A stretch of 64,000 nucleotides of DNA from the human T2T-CHM13v2.0 reference genome, Homo sapiens. The stretch is taken from assembly GCF_009914755.1 (NCBI RefSeq), contig NC_060936.1; one strand, written 5' to 3'. Made by a program: the position numbers and the translations under genes. Numbering within the stretch: position 1 is the first letter of the stretch; every line of letters starts with the position of its first letter. Below, one piece after another: positions 15,322 to 28,478 of this stretch. Under the pieces are notes generated by a model. It made no database searches. It saw nothing but the letters and a program-made list of their open reading frames with translations, and was not told where the DNA came from.

Positions 15322-15616
15322 TTTTTTTTTTTTGAGATGGATCCTCTCAGTCACCCAGGCTGAAGTGAAGTAGGGCAATCTGTGCTCACTACAACCTCCG
15401 CCTCCCAGGTTCAAGTGATTCTCCAGCCTCAGCCTCCCGAGTAGCTGGGATTACAGGCACACGCCACCACGGCCGGCTAATTTTCGTATTTTTTTTAGTA
15501 GAGACAGAATTTTACCTTGTTGGCCAGGCTAGTCTCAAACTCTTGACCCCAAGTGATCCGCCTGCCTCAGCCTCCCAAAGTGCTTGGATTACAGGCGTGA
15601 GCCACTGTGCCCAGCC
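15322..15616 (-). mobile_element. AluS-type SINE
   Basis: Full antisense dimer. TSD taaaagtacatacttt at 15306-15321 / 15617-15632. Confidence 0.92.
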
Positions 15617-15844
15617 TAAAAGTACATACTTTAAAAAGTACATACAGGTGCTATATGCCAACCCTCTTCCTGACTTACAATTTCCTGAAGAAGGTCTAAG
15701 TCATAGGCATTTAAAAAGAGAAACATGGGTGATTTGGACACACAATTCAGAATAAGAACCGCATTTATGATAACCCCTTGTACTTTTAGAAATTTCTACC
15801 TTTATATTAGTATATCATACCTACCTTTTCTCATAAAACTTTCT

Positions 15845-15963
15845 TGTAGAAATGGGGTTTTGCTATTTTTCCCAGGCTGGTCTTGAACTCCTAGATTCAA
15901 ACAATTGGCCCTCCTCAGCCTCTCAAAGTGTTAGGATTACTGGCATGAGCCACTGCGCCCGGT
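15845..15963 (-). mobile_element. FLAM_C / Alu left monomer
   Basis: tgtagaaatggggtttt...ggcatgagccactgcgcccgg. Confidence 0.82.
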
Positions 15964-18419
15964 CCCAAACTTCCCTTTAAAAAATTTTATCTTAGCACAT
16001 GTTATCAAAACTAAATTCAATGAATATATGGAAATCTGATCCAGAGAGAATTTCTCCATCTACTGAGTTGTAACATCTCTTTAATTGAGCATTTATTATG
16101 TAATTAATTCTGTGTTTGTTGTTTGGGTGACTGACTATAAAAGAAAATTAGAATTCAATCTCTAGCCAAAATGACCAATTTTAGAAATTAGGGAAGATGT
16201 TGATAGTATTATGAAAGGGGCATTCAGAATACTGAGATCTTCTGCAAGCCACAGCCACCCTTCCTCATGAATCCCTGAGGATATAAACAGGGAATGCCGC
16301 AAGTTGCTGGCTGGGCTTTGTAGCTGGACACCACTGCCAGTCGGAGGGTGATTCTGAACTGGATCACAAAGCCTGGGCTAGACACTCATAGTGAGCCTCT
16401 TCACAGTTCCTGGTCATCACCCCAAATTGTACTGCACTTTCGATGGCAACATGAAAGGAAGAAACCAGAAAAAAAGGAAATTGTCAGTGAATAAGAGCTC
16501 CAGAGAGCCATAAGCCTTCTAAGGGAGCAGCCCCTGACTCAGCCAGCTGCCTTTGGTTCTGCGTGGACACCTGAGGAGAAAAGGAGCAAGCAAGCTCACC
16601 CAGCTTCCAACCAATGAGCTAGAGGGTATGCTGGAATCCAATAAGCCCACAGTCACTTGTGAGGGGTGGCAGTCAAGGTGTGGGGTGGAAAATGGAACAT
16701 TCCTACTCTAAAGCCTGCAGATGACAATCTGAATGGGCAAAGAGTAAGGAATTCCTTTTTGGGATTTGCAAAGCACTGTGTATATTTATACATTGAAGTT
16801 ATTTACAACAACATATTTTAAGTGTCTGTTTTCTGCAATCCCTCCTACTCATTTTCCTTAGTGCTAACACAGTTCCTAGCATGCAGTAACCATAATGCCT
16901 TATAAATGAATGAAAACTATCATATAAAACAATTACAGAATCCAAAACTATATAAATAATAACTGATGTGACACATGACACTTTATAGAAGTTCAAGAAA
17001 GACACAGTTCAATGGCCTCAATAGTTAGGAAAATCTTCACAGAGAAAGTGGGCTTGGGATAGACCCTTAGGCAGAGTAAACTTTTTATTTACATACATCT
17101 GACCTGGACTGTGGACTCCCTTTTTGGATGTTGGAGGAAAGTGAAAATCAACTGACACTTTGAAAATTAACATAAATTGGAAATCTGTCCAGAGAACTTT
17201 AGTGGTCTATATGGTCAATATATAGACCACTTAGTGGCATAATTAATTTCTCTTCTAGATGAGCATCCACAGAGGAAAGACTATTACAGAAAATGGTAAA
17301 TAAAGTGAAAAAAACTTCTCTCATAGAGAGGAAGGGAGTAAAAACTTAGTTTTCAAAACTAAGGGGTTTTTTTTACATCATAATGTAATATGCTCATGAG
17401 AAGACAACAAAAATAGGGAGAAAAGGAAAATATCCACGTCCCATGAGCAACCATTTTTACATCTCAGTGAGTTTTTTTCTAGGTGCTGGAAACCTCAAGC
17501 AGCTTGCTTCAATAAACATTTCACATATCCTTCCTTTTCTTCTCTTGTGATACTTCCCCTGCTGTCTCTAAACAGAATGTACACTAAGATTAAATTATTT
17601 TAGATTTAAAATATGGATTGCTTAGGTCTTAGAAACAGAACTTAAGCTAATGCTTGAACTGAAAATAATCCATGATACTGAAAAAAATACTCCTCTCCAA
17701 AATTTACATGATGTAGTCAATATCTCAGTATGGGCTGCCTGTATAGCATTCTTTCTTTAGTTCATTCAATAAACATTTATTGAGTGCCTAATATTGCCAA
17801 GCAACCTGGTAGGCACTGGTGATGAAAAGGCAGGTTCCTGCCCGTGAGGAGCAACTTGCTTATGGACAAAAAAACATGTTAAGTAAAAAATAGTTGTTGA
17901 GGAAGATTGCACATGATTGACAGGCATGGGATTCCTAAACTCTGGCCAGACTTTGCTTCTTTAGTATTGAGGTCTGCTGTCTCCTCAGGGGCCAAAAAAA
18001 GGGTTGGGTATTTAGTCGGTCAGCTCTTCCCCCACTCACACAGCACCTTGTACTGGTCTGATTATACCTCTACCCCCCTGGGCAGGGGAGAAAAGAAGTG
18101 ACACTAGGAAGCATTGTTTCCAGGGACTAGGAATAGGGAAGGGGCTGTAGGCTGGGTGAAAAGTTGAGGTCAGTCTGAGATAATGACCTGACCGAACCAG
18201 TAGGCCCACCCTGACACATACCAGAGTTACCTCAGAGATAAATGACCACAAGCCATGAGTGACCACCTGCCGTGCCAAGTCTGTGAGTGATCAGTTCCCG
18301 GCACATTTCCTAACACAGACTGTGCCTGAGATTGACATGCTGTAGTAGAGCGACTTTGCCCTGTGTGCCTGTCTGTGCCTTACACACAATTCTGTCCCAG
18401 CGTGTGTCATCCTTTATGA

Positions 18420-18555
18420 CACTTCCCTGATTATGTGTCTGTCTCCCTTCAGTTGAATGTGAGCTCCTTGAGGGCAGGAACCTGCCTTTTTATCACCAGT
18501 GCCTCCTAGGTTGCTTGGCAATATCAGGCACTCCATAAATGTTTCTTGAATGAAC
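18420..18555 (+). mobile_element. L2 3' end
   Basis: tgtgagctccttgagggcaggaacc...ggcactccataaatgtttcttgaatgaa. Confidence 0.7.
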
Positions 18556-20589
18556 TAAAGAAAGAATGCTTTGTAAGCAGTCTACTACTGAGAAGAAATA
18601 AAATGAAAAGGCAAAAGTTAGTCTTTAGAAAATGAATGCTTCCTTTTGCCTTAAGGGACGGCAAGTGTTGAGCTTAGCTTGGGATGTGTCCTGGCAGGTT
18701 TTTAGAGGACTTAATCATGAGGGTACACCCCAAACATAACTGCATCAGGAATGTTAAAAAAAAAACAACAACCATTTTAAGTGCTTTGCAGGTGCTTCTG
18801 ACCTGCATCCCTGGCTAAAAACTGGTGCCTATACGTATCTATTAACATACCACTTAATTTTATGATTTAGGTTAATAAAAGAGCAACAAAATTTCCAGGT
18901 ATAATTAAATAGTTGAGCATGACACTTAACTGATACAAATACACCTCAGCTAAAAGTGGTACCGATTCTTAAAAGGCACCTGGCATTTCCTCATATGCCA
19001 AATTGCAAAAGCATTATAAATAGACACCATATAAAATATCTCTCCTGCCCTAGAATGGCTTCATGTCTTCCCACACAAGTTGACAAAAACATTCTGTTAT
19101 TCAGTTTTCTTGTCTTTTTGGAAATGAACTCACTGCTCACTTGTCATTTCAACACACTTTCTTTTGCTTCTGCAGGTCTGTTATTGTAGAGATGAGGATG
19201 CCCATAGGCTGCGCTGAGTGAGATTCACCTGGGTTACTGCCTAAGTCAGGGAACCTTCACTTTTAAGAGATAGAAATAACTCACTTAAAGAAAAGGAATA
19301 TTTACTGGCTTGGTTATGTATTAACCATTCAACAAGTATGGATTGAGCCTCTAAGTGTGTGTCAGCTATGGTGATGCAGTGGTAAACAAGACAGTCTCCT
19401 GCCTTGGGATGTTCAGGATGACCTTGCTTCAGCTGTAATTGTTTTCTGAGGCTAAATAATGTTATCAAGCCTCTCTCTCTCTTTCTTCCCCCTTCCCCAC
19501 TCCATCTTTTTGGTTCTTTTAGCCTCTGTTTCTCTTCGTACATTGGCCTTATTCTCTCCTGTCCTAGAAAGACTGTCTTCAAGTAGTGGGAAAGGAAGCC
19601 CCCGACTGGTAGCTCCCCTTCCAAAAGGAAGAAAGGTCTGCACCCTTCACCCCAGAATCCTTGTCTCATGCCTAGTGGAAGGGTTCTGATTCATCCTGCT
19701 CTGGCTTAGTCCTCCCTGTGCCCAACCCTTAACCCCAGGGCAGAGATGCCAAGCTTGGCCAGGCCACGCCCCAGGGCCCCACTTACGGTCATGAAGTGGG
19801 CAGCAGTCCCACAGACCATGTTGGTGTGGGTGAGGGATCTTTCCACAATATAAAGAGAGAGTTTTAGGCCCCCAAAATGATGTCCAATACACCATGTGTG
19901 AGATTTTAGGGAGGAAAATGTTAGGGAAATGTGAACATTTTCTTGCCAAGATCTGACTAAATGTAGCTTAATGTTAGATTATTGAAACATTGTTTTTGAT
20001 ACACCAGGAATTCAGTAACTTCTATGAGATAATTTGAAATCAGTTGGGGAAATCCAGTGTGAATTTCCTACTTATTTTGATGTAACCGTCACGAGGTGCA
20101 TGGCAAAAGATCAGAAATAGAACGGCAGACTTTTTATGATTGGCTGGGGTGAGCAACGTAGCATTTGAGTATAGTCACTTCTCTGCACCAGCAGGTGGGG
20201 TCAGAGGTAGAAGGAGGGGAATGGGCTAAAACAATGCACTTATAGAAGAAAAAGCACTGCACTGATTCCTCTAGGGGTCATTCTGGAAAAGTCTCAATTA
20301 CAGAACTAGGTGTGAGTGCAGAGAGTGGTGGTGAGGAAAAATAAAATGATATTGTGAAGCAAAGCACTAATTCAGCAGTTGAAACTTCAGTGATACCAGG
20401 CAGTGAGTGTAAGAGAAGAACAGGGAGGATGATAGTTTTTGTGAAGCGTATAAGAAGAGAAAGAATGAGGACAAGATTGCCGAAGAGAAATTGCACAGAA
20501 AGATAATGCATGGGAAGGGAAAACTGAATAGGAAAAGACGACAGGGCTAGGATACTGGCTAACAGTGACTGATTATTGACCCACACCAG

Positions 20590-20795
20590 GAAATGTTCTC
20601 CATGTTTGCATCAACTATTGTACTTATAGTTCATAGCAACCTTCTGAGGTAGGTATTTGTAATATTCACATTTTGCAGAGAGGAAGCCAAGGCTTAGAGA
20701 GGTTAAGGAACATGTCCACAGTCACACAGCTGGTAAGAATTAGAGCTGAGATTGGGACTCAGGCAGTCTGGGCTCAGCATCTGTACTCATAACCA
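20590..20795 (-). mobile_element. MIR
   Basis: cattttgcagagaggaagccaaggcttagagaggttaag...gtcacacagctggtaag. Confidence 0.75.
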
Positions 20796-22659
20796 CATAA
20801 AAATGAAAGAATTCATAGAAGTGTAGGGGAAAAAGAACACGACCCACAAGGCTTTGTCATAGGGCCAAAGATGTCTTTAAAGGTGGTGATGACTAGATAT
20901 GGAACCAAATACAGGGAGGTAAGTCCATGGAAACATGCATATTATACAAATGATCAAAGATGTCAGTCTGGCTTGCAGTCAGACAATGACTCAGCTGTTC
21001 TAACTAAAGAAGAGGATTACTGGTCAAAATGAAAATCTTATAGTTTATGTATGACACAGGGTGTTTAATGTTATTACTTAGAAAACCTAATTATAATTCA
21101 TCCCTGTGTCCTGGTTGAGTTATTCCTAAAGACAACTCTCCAAACAAAATAAAAATGGACAGACAAAATATGCAGTTCAAGGATTTTAAAGAAATGTTGT
21201 TTGTATCAGAAATATCTGAATCCAGATCACACCATGACTATTTAGGATTTATAAATATTTATTAAAGCCATATTATAACCTTTGCACTGTGCTAGGCACT
21301 GTAGGACCAATGGTGATTAAGGAAGCATTGTTTCTGCACTCATGGGACTTATGGTCAGGACTCTAGACAGCCTTTGTTCTCACTAACCTGGTATGTGGCG
21401 GGGATGTCTGTCCACACAGCACTGTATTCTCGTAACCTGTCTGATTGCCTATAAGTGCAATGTACTTATGCAATTTTTTTGAACAATAAAAAAATCTAAG
21501 TCATTCAGCTAAGATAAAATGTAAGTGGAAAGGGCACTGACTTTAGAGAAAGAAGATCTAGGTGTTTTTTTGTTTTTGTTTTTGTTTTTTTTAATGTAAC
21601 CTGAAAAGGTTACTTAGCCACTCTGAAGAAATTCTAACTTCACATGGTTTTGGTCAGATTTAAAGAGATAATATGTAAGAGTACTTCATAGCCTATAAAG
21701 ATACATAAACCTTTCTGTAAATAAGTTGTCATTTTAATTATAATTTACAGAAAATATGTTTTTGCCTATTTTAAAGGAATTGTTCAGAAAATGTTTTATT
21801 AAAACTCACCTGTGCTTTCAAGATATAGCAGTAAAATACGCTGTGGGATAGGATATGGAAGTAGAATGTCTCTATATCCCAAAACTGCATTATTAAGAAG
21901 AAAAAATACTGATCCTACATTCATACGTACATATCTAGGAACTCTCAGCTGTCTTTCTCCCACCCTGCAAACTCAACTGCATTCTTTATAGTCTTACATT
22001 CTTTCCTCCTACCTCAGCCTATGAAGGACTTTCCTCTAAAACTTTCCCATCTCAAGGAACTTATCTGATCAAATGTCCCCTCCTTCAGGCATCCCTATCA
22101 CTTTCTGCCTCAGCACACAAGCATACTCAAGTGTCTTCCATTAAATAAAAAAAAAGGCAAACCATTCCTTGACTTTATATTGTCCCTTTAGCTGCAGCTT
22201 TTTCTCTTTCCTTCCCTTCACAGCTAAGTGTCTCGATAGATTCCTTTACGTATATTCTCCTCCTTTTTCACCTCCTGTTCATTCTTAAACTCATCAAAAT
22301 CTTGAAACTGCCAGATTATTCTGGAAAAGGTAACCAATGACCACCTTGTCATTAAAGTCTGTGGATACCTTATATTTACTTCATGTGATTTCTCTGTGGA
22401 GTTCAAGGACAGAGTGAATTTGAGGCACTTTTGGAACTTTTATATGGAGATGTGGATAGGTATTTGCATTTGCAGACCTAGAGCTAAGAAGAGAAGTCTG
22501 GCCTCCTAAGATAGATAGATTTGGGAGTCTTCAGTGAAGCCATGGAACATGTAGTACAAGAAGAAAAAGGCTGAAGAAAGGAATCATGAGGTTTACCAAC
22601 GTTTAAGAGATCAGCAAAGGAAGAACAATCCATGAACAAACTTGAGAAGGAGGATATGA

Positions 22660-23188
22660 TGATTTAAAAATACACCTTTAATACCCTTTGATATTTTGGT
22701 ATGCTTCCTTTCAATAGATGGATCTTACTCTCCCCTTGCATGTGGGCTGGACTTTGTGACTTGATTTTAAACAGCTGAATAACTCAAGTGTTGCTAAGTG
22801 ACTTCAGGGGCTGTACATGTAAAGAATTGCATTTGCCTTGCTTTCTCAATCTCAGAATCAGTTAGTCTAAAGCCAGCCACCACGTTGTGAGGATACTCAA
22901 GCAGCCCTGTGGATAGGCAATCTGGAAAGGAAACAACACGCTTTCAAGATGCATTAGCCGCCTGGGAAGCAGATCTTCCTGCTTCAGCTAAGACTGGAAC
23001 CTCCTGATCCCAGGCCTCCAGTCTTTAAGTCTTTCAGCTGAGAGTCGAGAGATAACAGGAAGAAACAAACCATCCCTGCTGTGTGCTGTTTGAATATTTG
23101 ACCCACAGAAACCATGAAATAATAATTACTGTTTCAAATCACTGAATGTTGGGGTGATTTGTTATTGTAGCAATAGATAATTAAAACA
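22660..23188 (+). mobile_element. MLT1 (ERVL-MaLR) solo LTR, MLT1F/G-like
   Basis: tgtgggctggactttgtgacttg..., gacccacagaaaccatga and the 3' end ggggtgatttgttattgtagcaatagataattaaaaca. Confidence 0.75.
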
Positions 23189-23314
23189 GAGGATCTAGAA
23201 TGGCAGTAGAGGCATTAGGAGAGTTTGGTGAGATGAATTTATAAAAAACCTACTTGTTCTATTATTAATTACTGAGGGACATCCAGTGACTCCCTGTATT
23301 TCTCTTTTTATTAC

Positions 23315-23710
23315 ACTTTTAAAAATTGAGATGTCATTGTATACAATAACATGCACAGATCATAAGTGTTGTTCAATGACTTTTGACAACTAAGACCCAT
23401 ATGATCACCAAAGATACAGAAGACTTACTTCCATCACCCAGAAAGTCACCTCTTACTCCTTTCGAGACAATTCTCTCATCCCAACTCCTCAATCACTTTT
23501 TAAATTACCATAGATTCATTTTGCCTTCTAAAACTTTTATACAAATGGAATTATGCAGTATGTATTATTTTGTGTCTGGTTTCTTTCACTCAGCACACTG
23601 TTAATGAGATTTATCCAAGTCATTGCCTGCATCAATAGTTCACCCCTTTTCTTATTAGCAAGTGGTATTCCACTGTATGGATATGCCACAATTTGTTTAT
23701 CCATTCTTCT
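23315..23710 (-). mobile_element. Old L1M 3' end
   Basis: tgtgtctggtttctttcactcagca...tgagatttatcca...tattccactgtatggatatgccacaatttgtttatccattct. Confidence 0.75.
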
Positions 23711-23890
23711 CCTGTATTTCTCAATTAAAATAAATTTAGTTATTTCTACAGTATCATATGCAGTGGAAAAATCAAAATTACATGTAGAAAAATTTGGTAT
23801 TATAAAAAGCACCTTAAAAATAGGTGAAATGCATGATTAAATGATTGAAATTTATCACCTCTATAGCCCTCCAGAGAATGAAAAAGTTAA

Positions 23891-24003
23891 GCCAGGTATG
23901 GTGGCATGTGCCTATAGTCCTAGCTGCTCAGGAAGCTGAGCTGGGAGGATTGTTTGAGCACAGGTTTGAGTCCAGCCTGTGCAACATAGTGAGACCCCAT
24001 CTC
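23891..24003 (+). mobile_element. FLAM/FAM Alu monomer
   Basis: Single Alu-like arm ending gtgagaccccatctc. Confidence 0.75.
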
Positions 24004-26925
24004 CAGGGAAGAAAGAGAGAGAGAGAGAATGAGAAAGTCATAAGCCCTTTGTTGACCATAAAGATTGCATTGTCCATATGATATTTAACTTGAAAATACA
24101 AACTTGCAAGCAAAAATTATAAATGGGTCAATTCTGCTGAGAAAAAAATTAAGCCCAAAGGCACATTTAGAATTAATGACATAGGAATAAAGAAAATAAA
24201 AAAAATAGGAGTTGCTTTAATTTGTTCTACACACACACACACACAAATACACACACAGAGGTCAGCAATATCCCTAGAGTCATTTTAGGTATGGCGGCCA
24301 GCAAGGCATATGGGGGCAGCGGTCCTGCATATCACAAATGAATTCCCAATTGTTTTCTGCAGAGTATTTGATACTTCTTTAAATCAAATCTAATTGAACA
24401 TTTCAGATAGATTTAGTTACATATGAAAAAGACTTGATATAGACCTTGGAAATGTAATAATTTTTTTCTGAAATCCTTTTTTGTTCTTGGGGAATGTAAG
24501 ATCATGTGTTTGAGAATATGTTGGTTTAAAGATTATTTCTAGTTGGGTTTCCTAAGACATTTTGTTAATCACACTAGTTTTAAAGAGTTATCATCTTCCC
24601 CGTTCTGAACTTCTGATGCATAAATACTTCAAAATAATGTTAAGTTTGAGATAGTCTGCAAAGATAGAGATACTGGCTTGATTTTGTTTTCTCCCCCAAG
24701 AGGATCAAAATAATCTAAACCATATATTAACTACTGTCCTGCAATTTCTAATTTACAATCTTTGTCAGTTTTGAATTATGGAAGCAGCCAAGAGTATCCA
24801 AAAACATTTTGTTTCTACTGCGCCTTTTTTCCCGGTAATATAAATATCTGAAGAGGTTATTGCTTAACCTATAAAATAGTGACATCATAATTTATGAATA
24901 CTGAAAAACCCAGTTCATTTCTGTTAAACTCTATGATGAGCTAGACGTGATGATTTTTTCTCAGTGGAAAGGACATGTAAAAGGAAGAGTTTTCTTTGTT
25001 GTATCCTTAATGACAGTCTTATCTATTTTAGCCTTGATTACTCTCTATCACTATTTGACAGTAACTTTTCTTTGTTTCTACTTTCAAATATCAATTAAGT
25101 GAAAATGACATCCTCGTCACTATCATCTTATGTTATTACCAAAGACCAGGCCTCCTCAAACACAGATTCAACCATGCTGTTGGGAAGCTGAGCAGGTGTG
25201 AGTTTCCCTAGACCACCAAAGGCCGAAAATTGTAGTCTGCAGTTGTAATCAGACTAGAAGAATTTCAGTGCGTCTGGGATGTTGTTCATTTACATTGCTT
25301 TCATTTGTAATGTGTCTCAGTGAGGCAATCAAAAGTAAGCTTTTTTAAAAAGTATATATGTACAACTGTTTTACAACTGTAAGCCACTAGTCTGAAACTC
25401 AGAAGACAAATGTATAGCAATATCCTACTATCTTGTTTGACTATTTAAACTTACATATAATTTAAGGTTTTGAGGAAAAGGCTAAAAATGTTTCACTTTT
25501 AATTGCATGACAATTTGGCAGTATGGTCAGCAAATAGAACTTGTATCTAGTTATAAACTAGTACTAATAGGAATAATGGTCTCCACTGACTATTAAATAT
25601 ATACTATGGTGATGAATCAAGATATTTTTGTAAAGTACTCATCTCTAGGTCTAAGTTTGTAATTCACTGTATTATAGATACTATGCTACCCATGATAATT
25701 AAATTGTTTAAAATCACAATTTAAACAGTCTAGCCACTTATTTGCCTATAGGCAATATACATACAGGAAGTAATTAATAAAGCAGTTAATCCTTTAGACC
25801 ATTGGCTTTGGAGTTCACATCTGGTTCCACTTACCCCCATTCATAAGTAGGCTAGTGACTTTAATCCAATTACTTAATAATTCTGATACTCAAATTTTTT
25901 CATCTTTAAAAGTGGAAACTATAATTATAAGGTGGTTATAAGGGGTGACAATAAAATATGTAAAGCACCTGTCATGTGTTTGTTACAGAATACTCAGTAA
26001 TAGGTAGCTATATTGTTAATAACAATACATACTTGATTCCAGGTAGTCAATTGACTTTCTATAAATATTTACCATATTTCCATAGGAAAACCAAGCATTT
26101 TGTTGTTTTGTCATTTGGGTTCTTCTCAGTCAGGCCCAAGTCAGGTGGGTGTCCTGGTATAACGCCAGTTTTTATTTGTCTGTTCACAATAGAAAGCCCT
26201 TGTGGTGTGATGGCCCCAAAGCTGACCATAAACTTGCCTCAGCCACTCTGTTTTTCTGGTAAGAGTGAGTGCTATTTCTACTGCCTCTGCATGGAACTGG
26301 GATGTGTGGTTTAGATTCTGTTTTCTAAGCAAATGTATTTGTTCCCTGAACCATTATTTTTCTCACTGGTCCAGATGGAAGGCATAAGGAGAACACCTAA
26401 GTTCATAAAATAAGTAAGGGTGAAGTACATACTTTTTGTCTTCAAAGTTACTTTTGTGGGGACTTGGCAGTTTACAAAAAGAGCTGATGATGATTAGTTT
26501 CTAATTCTAAAGCAAACAGCAGGGAATTGGATTTTCTTTAAATTTTCCAATAGCAAACAAGCTAGGAGTAGCCTTTATCCTAACATCTTGGCAACATCAC
26601 TTATTTTTGAATATAGCTTTCTGAATGTTACAATGACCATACCAAAGGAGATATAAATACCCCCAAAGTGATGGGATCATTTTTTAGTGGTTTCGCTGAA
26701 ATTTGCTCTAAGTGCTACTGAGTAGAGGTATGCGGGAATAAGAATAATCAGTTTTATTGATTTCTTCTGTGACTCTGGGCCAGGACCAAGTCTATTTTGA
26801 ACATCTTTATATCCTAGCACATTGTAGGTGCTTTAAAAATAACTCTTAAATATTGACTGAGTAAAAGCGTCTATCTCTAAGATGGTCAATCCAATCCCCC
26901 TAAGCACTGTTGTGGAGATGAGTGA

Positions 26926-27198
<273 letters not shown>

Positions 27199-27229
27199 AC
27201 AGAGCTTTTAAAAACAAATACACGTGAGA

Positions 27230-27540
27230 GGCCGGGTGCATGGTGGCTCACGCCTGTAATTCCAGCACTTTGGGAAGCTGAAGCAGCAGGATCCCTTGAA
27301 GCCAGGAGTTCAAGACCAGTTTGGACAACATAATGAGATCCCATCTCTATGAAAAAAATTTTAAAAAATTAGCCAGATGTGGTGGTGATTGCCTGTAGTC
27401 CCAGCCACTTGGAGACTGAGGAGAGAGAAGCTGTTGAGTCCAGGAGTCTGAGGCTGCAGTGAGCTAGGATGGTGACAATGCACTCCAGCCTGGGCAACAC
27501 AGTGAGCCCCTGTTTGGAAAATAATAATAATAATTAATAA
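27230..27540 (+). mobile_element. AluJ-type SINE with (AAT)n tail
   Basis: ggccgggtgca... dimer, diverged. Confidence 0.88.
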
Positions 27541-27732
27541 CATATGTGAAAGAGAGTTCACAATTAGTCCAATATCTTTAGAAAGATTCAAAAACACCTA
27601 AATGCGAAAAATGCCTTTATTCATTTGTCAGCTGGATTACAGAAAGTAGGAAGAAAAGAGCCTGTGCCTCTGTAGGAAAGTAACAACGACTTAACTTCTG
27701 GAAATGACTTCGCAGCTTAGAGCCCAGCAGTG

Positions 27733-27742
27733 CCTATTTTGG
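27733..27742. promoter_or_regulatory. CArG box (SRF consensus) CCTATTTTGG
   Basis: Exact CC(A/T)6GG match just upstream of the CpG island of a muscle-enriched gene. Binding is not shown by sequence. Confidence 0.6.
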
Positions 27743-27869
27743 ATTAAACTGTGTATTAATTAAGCTCAAACGATTTCAACATTCATCACCTTGCATTGCA
27801 CTTCACAGAAAGCAAAACCAAAACAATCCTGGAGTTTTGAGTGAGGAAAACAGACGCCCCGCACTCGCA

Positions 27870-28058
27870 CACGCGCGCACTCGCAGCCTGTCTGAAGTGC
27901 AGAGGTTCAGGCGGCCAAGGGACCCGCGCCGGTTTCCGCGGGCGACCTGCAAATCCTGCCCGGGGCCCGGCAGGCGCTGCGTCCCGGCGCGTTGGCAGTT
28001 GGCGACCCCCCTCGAATCCCCCCTCTGCTGCGGGCTCCCCGTGGCCTTTGGAGGCTCG
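27870..28058 (+). other. SSPN: Probable alternative non-coding first exon of SSPN (5' end approximate)
   Basis: Consensus donor TCG|GTGAGT (GT 28059-28060) in the CpG island. Splicing to exon 2 leaves the first ATG at Met104 (56865), giving 140 aa, which fits my recollection of a short SSPN isoform. Confidence 0.65.
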
Positions 28059-28199
28059 GTGAGTCGGCTCCAAATGTTTTCCATATTTGTTCAGCCTCCA
28101 TAATTCGAATACCAGGGCAGGCCGAGCCAGCCGTGCGCCGCGCTCCAGGGCCCAGGGCGCCGCACACGCACCCACCCACCCACCCAGCCTCGCAGCGCC

Positions 28200-28478
28200 A
28201 TGGGCAAGAACAAGCAGCCACGCGGCCAGCAGAGGCAGGGGGGCCCGCCGGCCGCGGACGCCGCTGGGCCCGACGACATGGAGCCGAAGAAGGGCACGGG
28301 GGCCCCCAAGGAGTGCGGGGAGGAGGAGCCCCGGACCTGCTGCGGCTGCCGGTTCCCGCTGCTGCTCGCCCTGCTGCAGCTGGCCCTGGGCATCGCCGTG
28401 ACCGTGGTGGGCTTCCTCATGGCGAGCATCAGCTCCTCCCTGCTAGTCAGGGACACTCCATTTTGGGCTGGGATCATT
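28200..28478 (+). CDS. SSPN: Sarcospan coding exon 1 (aa 1-93: cytoplasmic N-terminus, CCGC cysteine cluster, TM1, start of TM2)
   Basis: ATG in strong Kozak context (gcgccATGG). Translation MGKNKQPRGQQ...RTCCGCRFPLLLALLQLALGIAVTVVGFLMA...DTPFWAGII is recognisable as human sarcospan. The exon ends at donor ATT|GTAAGC (GT 28479-28480), 279 nt, phase 0. Confidence 0.97.
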
